Source of the DNA: Lama guanicoe
Taxonomy: Eukaryota
Direction of reading: 5' to 3'
Length of the DNA: 64,000 bases
Assembly (NCBI GenBank): GCA_013239625.1
Contig: MU053873.1
Coordinates: 2,804,524 to 2,868,523 of the forward strand
This document shows, piece after piece, positions 23,368 to 35,593 of the stretch. A program made the translations under genes and the position numbers. Position 1 is the first letter of the stretch. Every line of letters starts with the position of its first letter. Under the pieces are notes generated by a model. The model ran no database searches. It saw nothing but the letters and a program-made list of their open reading frames with translations, and had not been told where the DNA came from.

Positions 23368-25571
23368 GTGAGTGTGCACAGACCTCCCGCCCCGCGCGCC
23401 TCCCCCCCCACCGGCCCGCTCCCGCCTCCTGGGCGCAGGGCAGAGTATCTGGGGCTAGCACAGGGCCAAGTGCAGAGACATCGGCGGTGCTGGTGCTCCT
23501 GCCGTTTCCAGCTTCCAGTTTCCCTGAGCCTCCGGGTCTTTATCCGCGGGGTGGGGTGCCGGGCAGTCCCACAGGCGATGACCACACACACGGCCATTAC
23601 TGTGCCTCCGCCACCAGCGGCCTCACTCCCTAGCCTGGCGCCCAGGCCCTGTGTAGCTGGAGACTACACGTGTCACCACCTGGGCTGGGGGTTCTCCACC
23701 AGCCCTGACTTCTCCGTCTGAAGCTCCTTCCTAGAAGGCCTGGGATGTCTGAAACGCTACCTGGCTCCAGGAGGGCTCCTCCCCAAACCCCCAGCCCTCC
23801 CCTACTTCAGCAGTAGGCTGACCTTCCCCTGGGCCTGACCCATGCTGGAGGGCCTGTTGCCATGGTAGCAGCTTGCTTTGTTTGGCAGGGAGCGAGTGGC
23901 ATGGACAGTAGGTTGAAACTGAGGCTCGCCTGGTTTTGTTCTTAAATCTATCTTATTCTAAGTGCATCCTGTTAGCATGCAGGGCCTGTGACCCTCCACA
24001 GATGAGCGAGTCACCTTGGAGCTCAGTGGAGGAGGGAAGGCGCTGCCCCCGCATGGAGCCTGGGGGCAGCACAGCACCTCCCACACCTGCCGTGTTCCCG
24101 TCCCCTGCCTTACCCCCCTCCCCCGCTCCGAGTACCCACTTGCTGGCTTCCCCCTTGCCTTCCCTGTACCTCTGAGTGACAGTCTCCACCTCCTCATTTA
24201 ACAGCCCAGGGCCCGTGGCTGCAGTTTTGTACCCCCGTCTCCTGGCCAAAGCCGTGGTTTCATGGTCTGTCCTGCTTCGTGCCGAGCTTAGACAGGGCAT
24301 TTTGAGGACCCAGTGTTTGGATGCAGTAAAGTGGATCCCATCTCTTTTTACCTTTCCTCCAAAAAAAAGAAGAAAAATAGCACAGGCTGCTCTTGGAAAA
24401 GGAAGTAAATTAAGATGCATTCTGCATTTGCTGTATGCTGAATACCTCACATCTGCCATTTTAGCCGAGCTCTGGAACAGCTCTGGGGGTAGGCAGGTAA
24501 GAAAACCACCTCACTGAGATCAAGACCCAAGGCCTGTGGGCGGTAGAATTCCTGCCTGGTTTTCCGCCCCGTCCCTGCCTCTGTCCCCTGGTGACCTGAC
24601 CTGGGAGCGACAGGTGGGAAGGTGAAGGAGTAATGCCCTGCCTTCCGTGGCCCCCAGTGCGTGGACGTCACTTGGTGTCATGGCGCATCCCTGTTGTCAG
24701 GACAGCGACCTCCCTGGGCCTTCATGGAAGGTCGGGTTTGGGGTTGGGTAGGAAAGAAAACACAGTTTTATGGGAAAAAAATGACTAGTCTTTTGTAAAA
24801 AGAGCAGGGCATAACTAACTTTGGTCGGCTTGCTGGTTTGAGAGCCGGGCCGGTTGCTCAGGCCCGGAGGCCGTCTATCTTGTAATTGGGAGAAAGCGTT
24901 TCCTGCCTTCAGACCTGCATACAAAACACTTGACCTGATTTCCCTCTAGACCCTCTGCTGCTGTCTGGAAAAGCCAACCCTGCAGGATGGTAAACAACAG
25001 CTCAGACGTGACCGTGAACACAGCCCCCCGGAAAGGCCCCTTGATGATGTTCCCCATCGCTGGGGCACCATCCTGTCTTTCAGTGGATGAGCTGCCACTC
25101 TTTATTTTTTTTTTTTTAATGTTCGAGGATGGGGAGCCCTGTGGAAGGCGGTTGGTGGGGTGGGCATCAGTTCAGAGGGAACAGAGCAGGCTCACACCAG
25201 GGGGCAGCAGAGAGCCGCCGGTAGTTTCCTGCTCAGAGCCCGAGATAACCATCATCTCACTGACCTTCAGCTACAGTGACGAGATCAATTGTTCATTGCT
25301 ACAGTAGGACGTTGGGGTGTCTGTGTGCAGGAGACGGAGCCTGAGGTCGGTGGGAGTGTTAGCATAAAATACGAAAAAGCACCCCCCTCCCTTGACATTG
25401 GTGCTTCTGAGTAAATGTGTGTTCCTGCATCGTTTCTTCTGCATGTTTGCGGACACGCTAACATCTGAGCCACTGGCTTTGCTACAGACTAGAAGGCAGA
25501 GGGTCCAGGAACAGCCCCAGCTCCGTGTGTCCTTGCGCTGTTGCAAGGATCACGTATGTGGTCGTATGTCT

Positions 25572-25881
25572 CAGGGGCTGGCAGACTTTGATGTAAAGGG
25601 AACACATAGCAGATATGTTCTGCTTTGTACAGCTATCCAGCTCTGCTGTCGGACAAAAACAACCATAAACAGTATGTACACAGACAGCGTGGCTGTTTTT
25701 TGGTCCACTGTTTATGGACACTAAAATTGGAACTTCATATAATTTTCACATGTCATGATATTGTTATTTTTATTTTTTTCCCCTAACCACATAAAAATAT
25801 AAAAACCATTCTCAGCTCTCAGGCTACCCAAAAACAGTCAATGGACGATTTGGTCCCCGGTCCCCGGTTTGCTGACTCCTG
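25572..25881. mobile_element. MER58-like hAT DNA transposon
   Basis: caggggctggcagacttt ... ggtttgctgactcctg terminal inverted repeats; typical internal ataattttcacatgtcatgatatt. Confidence 0.75.
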
Positions 25882-27588
25882 GTACATACGAAAACACTTG
25901 GTCACCAGGAGAAAATTATCCACATGTCATCTGATGTAACTTCTTGTGATTAACTGCATTTATGTTTAAATGATTTTATCTTGAGTACAAATTGGGCAGA
26001 AAATTCCAGAAGAGGCGCTGGGTGCCTACAGGGAAACGGGTTTTGGCCTGGCTCACTTTCTGTCCCTTTCTTCCTTCCTCTGGGCACCGGCTGGAGGTGG
26101 GGAGGGATGGCTGTTCAGATTCCTGAGGTCCAGAAACTTCCACTGAGGCTGGGGTTTGACTTCGTGGTGAATTTCTGCACACACGCACGCCTGCTCACAC
26201 AGGAGCCTCACCTGCTGACTGTTGGGGAGGCTGTTCAAGAGACCTGAACAGGGGACAGCGTGCCCGTCCCCCTGCCATGCCTCTGCGCACCCTCGACTTA
26301 ACCCACGTAGCTCGTGAGTGGAAGGTGATGCTTATTACCAGTCACTGCGGGGCTGTTTGCTGAGCATCTCCCAGGGGCCAGGCCCTCCGCGGGGCCCTGG
26401 GGTCGCAGGGGTCAGGGCTCAACATAAAAACCTACGGCTTTGAAATATCATTTCTACCACATTCAGATAGAAAAACTAATTTCAGCCCAGAACACTCCCA
26501 AAGGTAACACTTAGGCCGCATGGCATTCACCTCCGAACATTCTCTTTGCATCTCTGTACTTTTTACGGGCCCTTTTTTTTTATGCAGCTGTTGTAAAATA
26601 GTCAATCCTGGGACAAGACCTAGTAGTCAGTCCACAGACAAAGGCTTGTTAAAGAGATACCGCTTCTTGATAATGATGATTTCCATATTCGTGACTGTAG
26701 AAATGCCTTCCCTCGGGGTAGCACTTTAGAACGCACAAAGGACTTTTATATATGTTATTCATCCACTTGGCAGCCCTGGAGTATTCCTGTTTCGCAGGTG
26801 AAGAAAAAAAAAATTAGGCACAGGAAATTCAGTAACTTGCCCCTGGTCACCTGGCTGGGAAGAGGCTGAGCCGGCAGCTGCCCGGGACAGTGGCCGGCTT
26901 GTGGGTGAAGCACCCCAGGAGGCCCTGTGTCAGACAGCCCAGACTGCAGCTCTGCCCTAGAGAATCATGTTGCAGGAAAACCGTTAAAGGATGAAGAATG
27001 AAGTTCACGCTCTCATTAGGTTACAAAACTAGTATCAGTCATTATTTATGGTTTGGGCCCGTCTTTTGTTTATAAACAAAGAATCATACGAAGTGGGACA
27101 GTCCAGTGTTCTCAGCCGTGCCTGCACGTGACATCCGCTGGGAGGGCTTTGAAAATCCAGGTGTTTGGGCCTCTCCTCCCGGACAGGTGGCCTCGTGGCA
27201 CAGGTGGATGACCTCTCAGCCCCAGCCCGCTGAGGAGCACTGGGGGGTGGGCCAGCTGTCCTGGGAGACCGCACAGCCGGGTGGGACAGCCTCGGGCAGA
27301 AGGAGCTGCCCCAGGTGTTGACAGTGTGTGTCTGGATGTCGAGGTGATGGGCCGTTTGTCCTTGCTTTGTTCTTTTTAAATTTATTTTCCCGCTCCCCTC
27401 TATTTTCTGATTTTTCTACAAGTTAAAAAAGCATTAGATGATACGGGCGGGAAGTTAGGACTTCTCTGAAAACAGGTGCAAACGCTGCTTAGCGCTGAAG
27501 TCCTCTGCGCTGAGTCAGCCGCACCGCGGTTCGCTGGGGGCCTCCCTAAGTGAGCTCTGCAGCCCGTGCCCCTCTCCTGGCCCCGCAG

Positions 27589-27727
27589 TACCACGGCAGC
27601 CTGGCCTCCCTCAACGGGCTGGAGGTGCACCTGCAGGAGACGCTGCCCCAGGACCAGGCTGCCCCTGCGCCCCCGGGCAGAGCCTACAGCTTCACGCACT
27701 ACGACCGCATCCAGAACGTGCTGACAG
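27589..27727 (+). CDS. HPS4: HPS4 coding exon 11 ([46 protein letters not shown])
   Basis: ccgcag|TAC ... ACA G|gtaagc; 139 nt. Confidence 0.95.
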
Positions 27728-28211
27728 GTAAGCCGCCTGGAGCCTCGGAGCCTTGGCGCCTCGGAGCGGGGCGGGGACAGAAGTCAGCCCAGTGGGGTTA
27801 GCACTCTGCCCAGGGTCGCCCCCCTGCAGTCAGGATGCTGTTCCTCCTGTGGAGCCCAGCTCCCATGGAGTCTCGGTTCTCTTGGCAAACACTTCTTTGC
27901 TCATTTTTCTTGTTTTGGCCTTTTCTCCAACATTTTGAGAGAAGCACACACATGTTGAAATATCTGCTATCAGGTCTGCCTCGCAGTTTTGATATTTGTG
28001 TGCAGAGACGGGTGTCGCTCACGGTCTGGGACAGCATGTGCTCCGTGGCCTGGTGGCAGCTGCAGGGCCGGCACCCGGGCCTCTGTCCCGCGCCGCTGCT
28101 GGCACCCACGCTCCTGGCCGGCAGCCTTGATCCATCCCCGCGTCCGGTCCTGGGAGTTGGGGGTGCGGGGAGGAGTCCGCTACTCACCACTTCTGTGTCC
28201 TCTTCTGGAAG

Positions 28212-28320
28212 CCAACCTGCCCCAGGTGGCCACAGCCCAGGACCGCCGCTTCCTCCAGGCCGTCAGTCTGATGCATTCTGACTTCGCCCAGCTGCCCACG
28301 CTGTACGAGGTGACCGTCAG
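28212..28320 (+). CDS. HPS4: HPS4 coding exon 12 ([37 protein letters not shown])
   Basis: tggaag|CC ... AG|gtgagc; 109 nt. Confidence 0.94.
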
Positions 28321-28829
28321 GTGAGCGTCCCCTGGGTCACAGCCCTGCACCAGGAGCTGCCTTCCTGGGGTCCTGGGCAGAGCCTTGTTCTTAACTGAAG
28401 AGCATTCCAGTGACTGTCCAAGGCCTTTTATCCGCTCCTGTGACCGTCGTCCCCCCGCATGCCTCCCCATGTCACGTCCTCACTGGGTCCCCTCCTGGGG
28501 CTCGGCCTGCTTTACACACTCAAGCACAGCAGGGGTGAGACCGCGGGGCCTCCCGCCTCGGAGCTTCCATCCGCCACTGGGCAGGGAGGGCGTCTGTCTC
28601 TTCACCATAAATGCTGAAGTCCGGGCGTCATCTTCTAACTGAGCGAGTCCTGCGCGCTCATGATCGAAATACCCAGACTTCTCCCCCGTCTACCAGGTAC
28701 AACGTCTTCCTCCCCGCATACCACACACCCCGAAGAGACCCACACTCAACAGTCTGGTGCACATCGCTCCAGACTTTGGTGGCGGTGGTGGTTTTTCTTT
28801 TTTGCATATAAAAGATACGTGATTCATTG

Positions 28830-28927
28830 TTTTTTTGTGTGTTTCTTTTAACGGAGGCACTGGGGACTGAACCCAGGACCTCATGCATGCTGAGCATGCG
28901 CTCTACCACTGAGCTGTACCCTCCCCC
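28830..28927 (-). mobile_element. Short tRNA-derived SINE (camelid-type)
   Basis: Reverse complement reads ggggagggtacagctcagtggtagagcgcatgctcagcatgcatgaggtcctgggttcagtccccagtgcctcc (A and B boxes), followed by an A-rich tail. Confidence 0.85.
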
Positions 28928-30179
28928 AGACGATTAGTATTTTGATTTTAATTATTTTAATGGTCTTTCATCTAGAAAACTGGATCATACTAACGCGCTG
29001 TTTCGTAAGTTCCCTTTTTTCACTTTGCGGCAAGTCTCGAGCAACTTCATGCCAGTAGATCCAGGTCTATTAATCACTATTGTAACCGACAGTATTTAAC
29101 CAACCGATTTCTACCCTTCTTCTCTACATGATTCTCTTATGAAACCAGTAGCAGAAAACAAGGCAAGCGAGAGGGTCGGAAAGGGGGTGCCTGCTCTGTA
29201 TATTACTTAGTTAAGTCCTTGGAATGATTTGATCAAATGCATTTTTTATAGACGAGGAAACTGAAGCACAAACAGGATGGACGACTCGTCCCAGGGTCAC
29301 GTGCCTGTTAAGTATCAGAGTCAGGATTTGAGCCCAGGTGTCTCATCTCTAAAGTTCATGTCCTCTCCACACGTGTCCAGTTCTGGGGGGGGAGGGGCCT
29401 AGACTCACACAGACACCCACTGGAGCCTCGGCTGTCATGGTGGCAAGGTCCAAAGGTCTGCCCTGCGCCATCTCCAGCCACTGTTTCTACATCTTTCATA
29501 GTAACTGTGTCTCCTGGCTTGAAGGCGGAGCTGCCCCACGCTGGCGGCCTAGCTGTGGGCTGTCCGCAGCTGCAGCCACTGGTTGGGAACTGGTTGTGTT
29601 GGGGGCACGTGTGTCTGTTTCATGAGAGATGGAAGTCGGTTAAACGCCAGTGTCTGATCCGCAGCCACCCCGTGGCCCTGCAGTATTTCACATCACTTGG
29701 AGCTGAGGGCTTTAGCGTTGGGATATGTATTATTTTAATAGTAATAGAAACAGCAGCTCCTGTTTCTTCACCACTCACCCTGTGCTAAGAAATTTATATA
29801 TATTTCTACTCGTTTACTCTCTTAAAGAAATCTTAGTGAGGGAATTTTCTCATCATATCTGTTTTACCAATGAGAAAGCTGTGACTCAGGAAGGCTGAGG
29901 ATCTCAGCCAAGGACACACAGCCAGGAAGTCGCAGGGCTGGGATGGGCATCCAGGTGTGTGTGACTCCAGAGCCACACTCATGGGCACCAGGCCGCAGTG
30001 CCCCCTCTCCATGGCGGCAATGACTGGTCCAAGACTCGTCCGGCTGGGCCGAGCCATGGGCCTCCCCCGCAGCCCTTGGGTGCTCTGGGCTGATGACCAG
30101 CGCCTCACGGGGTCTCTGAAGCCTGAGATCTGCACAGACAGCATCCATCGGGCTGTTGTCTCCTGTCTTCCTTTGACAG

Positions 30180-30351
30180 GAACGCCTCCACGGCTGTGTA
30201 CGCCTGCTGCAACCCCGTCCAGGAGACCTACTTCCAGCAGCTGGCGCCAGTGGCGCGGGGCTCCGGCTTCCCGAGTCCACAGGACAGCGCCTTCGGCCTC
30301 CCGGGCAAGGCCAGGCAGAAGCTGCTGAAGCACGGGGTGAACCTGCTTTGA
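30180..30351 (+). CDS. HPS4: HPS4 last coding exon ([21 protein letters not shown]...[14 protein letters not shown])
   Basis: tgacag|G AAC ... CTT TGA. The spliced CDS totals 2157 nt = 718 aa + stop. Confidence 0.96.
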
Positions 30352-33300
30352 ATTGCGCCCGCGGTGGGAAGCTCGTCACCCCAGCAGACGACTGTCAACC
30401 AAATCCCAGCAAAGGATGCTCTGCCTTGTTAAGTGGAAAAGTTCCCTTTGATCTTCCCTGGCATATCCCCCTCTTTTAGGAATGTAATATTTGAGTGTGT
30501 GTTACTCCCTCTGCAGGTTGGGGTTTGAGGGGGTCGGTCTTCCGGTCTGCAGACCTAGAGCACTTAGCAAAGAACTTGATGACGTGGGTGGCACTGGGGC
30601 CAGGGTGGGCGCCTCGGCTCCTCACACTGAAGTGACACAGGGCCACTGAGGTCCGCTGTCACGCTGAGCCTGAGGCACCTGACATTTCTTGCTGCTGTTC
30701 CAGCCTCGTCTTGACTGGTACCACACAAATCCAGGCTGATGTTTCCTCCAGAACCTAGTGATCTCTAATCTGGGGTGTCTCTCCTGCCCTGTCTCCAGGG
30801 GGCCAGTCTGAGGTGGCCAGGAGATGGATTTGTCAGCAAGCAGACCGGAACTCCCACTGCTCGGAGTGTCTTCAGAGCGGTCCCCTGGGGAGGCCTGGGT
30901 GCCTAGTGCAGGGAAGCAGCCAGGGATGCTGAAACCAGATGCCTTGTCTGAATTCTTCTGGAACTATATTCAAAACGAGGGGTCTGCTCTTTGGCTTACC
31001 TGCAGTGGGGGCAAATCTCGCTGGCGTGGAAGGATCTTGGGGTCTAGAGGTAACTGAGCGCCCTGGGGTGCCGAGCCCGGAGAACTGGGTGACGGCAGAC
31101 CAGGCAGTGCTCCTCGGTGGGAAGGGCTGTGATGCTGGCTCCCCCAGAGCAAGTGTCCCAAACAGGAGTGTCCAGAGGGCTCGGTGCTTTTCGACGGTGG
31201 CTGCGTGGGAGGGAGCAGCGCTGGTTTGTGTTTCGGGGCTGGGGTAACACGTGGAGCATCAGTTCTGTTACATCACCGTCAGACGTTTTATAACGTGATG
31301 CAGGTCACAGGATGAAAACATTTACCAAAATCCTCACCGAGTGTTTACTGGAAGCCCCTGAGATGCCGTCTGAAAACTGCGACGTTAATAACTTCACGTC
31401 AGCGAGCCAATATCTCATGTTTATGACAAGGTTGTCTTTTTCTTGAAACAAGTTTCCAAGGGCTAAAGATAAAATAGCCAAAAATGCTACTGAGTTCTGC
31501 GTAATAGTAACACCGCAAGTGACAAAGTAAGGGTGAAGCCACGTTCGCACGTACACGTTCCGCGTGGACGCGTTCCTCTGCCTTGCTGACCCAGGCCGGC
31601 CGGCGGGGATGGGAACCGTCAGAATGGTCTGTCCGCGAGGGTGACAAGTTGTTCCGGGGGCACCGGCTTCCGCGTGGCTGGCCCAGCACACCGGGCCCCT
31701 GTCACCCTTCCTCTGGCCTCTCTGGGCTCCCTCCTGTCACTGGCTGGGCTAAGAGGGTGAGCTTCCCAGCTGGAGGGGGCCACACCCCGGGCTCGGAGAA
31801 CTGTATGTTGTCCCACTTCTCTGCCAGATTCCCTAAGGGCAGACTCACAAAGAGGACCAGCCCCGCCTCTCAAGGAACCTTCCCACGACGGACAGGACGC
31901 GCTCCCTTTCTGTCGCGGGGTATTTTCAAGCAGCCAAACTTTTTTCCCTTTTGCCACTGAAGCCCCAGAACTGTGAGATCTCCAAGTCTCGAGTTTGGTG
32001 AAACTATGACCTGTTCCTTGCTGACACACTTCCATCTGCCCCTCGTCCCCCCAGTAGCTCCGCTAACTTCCTGGGCCCAAGGACTCTTCCAAACAAGATC
32101 TGCTTCAAAGGAATGTCTCTGGGCTGTGCCGGGGCCCTTTCCTAGATGTGGGGGGGTTGGCAGATCTTAATCCTTTGTTTTGCTTTCAGAAGCCTCTCTC
32201 CTCATCTCATTTCCCAGGGCTGCTCTTGAGCCTCAAATGCATGTAATAGAAAACGCTGCTGAGAATCAGGGCTGCAGGCCGCCGGCGTGCACCCCCCACC
32301 CTGAGCTGAGTCTCAACAGTCACGTTTAGAGCGTGAGGTCAGCACAGCGGGAAGACCCATGCGCTAGGGTCACTTTAAAGTCAGTCCACCATTTCTTGGC
32401 TACAAATGAGGGACCTACTTGTGCCCCTTGAGCGTGGGCTGTACTTAGTGATTCACGTCCAGTGAACAGAATGTGGCCCTGACCTCCCAGCGCAGGTACC
32501 CCATCCTGGCTGCCAGCTCTCTGGGTTCCCCTGTTCTGGGGAGAAGCTGACATTCACACAGCCCTACGGGTCAGGGTCTCCTACCGACGCCACGTGAGGG
32601 AGCCTCCCTGCACGCAGGTGCCCAGCCCCGGTCACTTCAGAGGGCTCAGCCCCTGCCAACATCTGCCTAACCTCCTAAGAAACAGCCAGAGCCGTCAAGC
32701 TGAGCCCCTTCTGAGTTCCTCGCCCTCAGCAAGTGTGGGAGATGATAAATGTGTGTGGCTTTAAGCCACTCCTGGGGTAATTTGTCACACGGCAACAGGT
32801 AATGAATAATACACTTGCAAGCCTGCATCTCATCCACTGAACTAGGTTCCTTTCCACTTTGACATAGGGGCCCTGCGGCCCAGTGCTCGACAAAGCGTCA
32901 GCCTGAGGTCCCAGCGACCCCCTTCCCCACCGTGGAGACCTGGGCTGCACAACTAAGGGAGGAACTGCAAGTGCGCCCCCACCTTTCAGTTTCCGGTTGA
33001 CACCAGAGTGCCACGGTCATCCAAGGGCCATAGCCTCCGCCAGGGCGCGGTGAACACCGGGGACCCGGGAGGAGGGAGAGGGAGTGAAAGGCTCCGCCTG
33101 GGGTCAGTCCCCGCAGCAGCTGCCACCTGTGAGCTGTGAGGGAACAGTTCCCGCAGCGTGATTACCAGTGGCAGTCAGATCCCCGCCGGGAAGGGCTCTC
33201 TGCTCCCTGTGGGGACGTGAGCTGCATCAGACTGCCTCCCGCTGGAGGGAGCACCCCGGCTCACGGCTCTTGTCACCTTGACAGAATAGCACGGGGAGAC

Positions 33301-33494
33301 TGGGCCCTGGATGCAGTCACCCTCTCGGGTGTCTCTCTTCAGTGTTTAACCCTCATGGTGGTCCCTCCCAGCAGGGCTGAGATGCTTCCACCCCCAGCCG
33401 CTGCGACTGCACTCCTGACGCCCAGCCCGCAGTGAGGGGAGGGCGGCTGCCTCTCACGTGTGTCCATCCTCACATCAGGCCACAGCTCCTGCAT

Positions 33495-33910
33495 CACGGG
33501 CCCAACGGTGGCCCCCAAAGGTTCCAACTCGGTCCTGTGAGCGTCACTTCACGTGACCAACGTTTGGCAGGTGTGATTAAGACTCTTGAGATGCAAGTTC
33601 TCCAAGTGCCATCACAAGTGCGCTCACGAGGGAGGCAGAGGGAGATTATTCATGTGAGAGGAGGCGACGTGAGGATGGAGAGGCACAGCACAAGCTGAGG
33701 GACGCTGCGGCCACCAGATGCCAGAAGAGGCCAGGGATGGACCCTGCCCCAGAGCCTCCGAAGGGACCACGACTCTGTCAGCACACTGATTTCAGTCCAG
33801 TGAAACCAGTTTTGGACTTCCAGCCTCCCAAAGGGCAAAAGAATGAGGTCTGTTGTTTTAAGCCCTCAAGTTTGTAGTCGTTTGTCACAGCGGCCACAGG
33901 AAACTAACAC
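33495..33910 (+). mobile_element. MaLR LTR (MLT1-like)
   Basis: ggtggcccccaaag ... ttggacttccagcctcc ... tgttgttttaagccctcaagtttgtagtcgtttgtcacagcggccacaggaaactaaca; a second MLT1-like 3' fragment at ~32580-32815. Confidence 0.75.
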
Positions 33911-35431
33911 CCCTACACTGCAAACTTGCGTGTCCTGGCAGCTCCAAGCCCCTGTCATTCAGCAGTGCGGTGCCAGGGAGCACGGGGCAGGGGGAGACGG
34001 GGGCGCACCACGAAGGACCCTGCAAGGCTGCCGGGCGCTGGGTGGTGGGGAGCCTTTACACAGAGGAGTGACTCGATTTGTTTCTCACTGGAAACATCAC
34101 TGGCTCTCAGATGGGTGAGAAGGAAGGCAGGAATGGAAGCCCTCAGGAGGCTGTGGTTGTCTGGGCGGGAGGGGCTACTGGCCTGGAGTGGGGAGGGGGG
34201 AGCAACAGGACCACAGAGAGAAATGGGCAGATCTGAGGACTACGTGGGCAACTGGACGCGCCAGCACTCGGGGCAGAGAGAGGATGGAGAACACGAGGCA
34301 GAGCCCTACTCGGAAGGAGTCCATCGTAAGCAGGAAACGATGGCCGATACTCTTGAACTGCAGGCAACACCAGCGTCTGTTCACGCCCTCCCACCACACA
34401 CACGTGTACACACACACGCCTGCCCCCGCCTTCACCGTGGTCTTGTCCTGGGAAAAGAGCAGCAGGAGGGGAAGTCCCCTGTCCCCTGCCACTGGGCCGC
34501 TGGGGAGGGCAGGATGTAAGATCAACACTTGTCATCTGAGCTCAGGGGAAAATAAGATACCCTGGATCTTTTCTCAACATGGTCCTTGAATTTGGGAGGC
34601 TTAAGGTGAAGATTCTAAGGGCTTCAAGGGGGAAAAAGGACACTTCCTCTCTGTTTATTTTAAATGTCTGAACCTGAAACGAGCTGTATTTCTCCGGGGA
34701 ACAAAATCCTGAGTGCCTTTTGAGTCATGTCAAGAGTCAAGAAGAGGCCGTTTCAAGATTGCCCGCGCACGCTCAGGTCCAAGCCGAGAGCCAGCCCCTC
34801 GCTGCCCCGCCTTCCTGCTCAGCTGGCCTGAGGGCTCCCAGGGCAGGGTGTGGGGGCCTGACGCAGGGCGGGGAGCGGGGCTGCGAGAGGGCACTGAGAC
34901 GGGCCATCTCCATCTCCACCTCCATCTCCCTTGCCAGTGGGGAGGTAGAGGGCGTGTCCACACTCTCCAGCCCGCCCCAGCTGGTTCCCGATGCTGCAGG
35001 ACCATGTGTCAGAGACCTGGGTTCAAATCGCAGCTCTGGGACTTAGTGCTGTGGAAATTGGGCCACGTTAATTTAATTCTCTGAACCTCAGTATCTTCTT
35101 TAAAATGGAGAGGAAAGGCTGTGTATGTAAAAATCTGGCATACTCTGGACTCGCAGAGAGTGGGGCTCAGAGTGTGTCCTCAGAGGGCCAGTGGCCTGGG
35201 GGAGTCTCTGCGCACCATGGAGAGAGGCCTGAACGAATGCCCAGAGTTCAAAAGACTGAGGATGCCGAGCTGGGAGCTGGGGCACCTGGCATCTATTTGC
35301 AGCTCGTCCTCCAGCACCACGACCTGGTTCACATCCTCTGCACTCTGAGTCTATGTCGTCCTGTATTGAGTGGGCACACGGTCCCTGCCTGGCCCGGCGG
35401 GGCCGCAAGCATGGTGGGGTGGTTACAGACA

Positions 35432-35593
35432 CAAAGGAATCTCCCCGAGGGCACGAGGAGGAAGCACATTCACCCTGAATCCGGGGTGGCTAAGCCGGCG
35501 AAGAGCAAAGGAATCTCCCCGAGGGCACAGTGCTCTCTGTATCCGAGGAGGAAGCACATTCACCCTGAATCCGGGGTGGCTAAGCCGGCGAAG
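35432..35593. repeat. Near-tandem duplication: 72-bp copy and 88-bp copy (16-bp indel), otherwise identical
   Basis: caaaggaatctccccgagggcac[agtgctctctgtatcc]gaggaggaagcacattcaccctgaatccggggtggctaagccggcgaag at 35432 and 35506. Confidence 0.95.
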
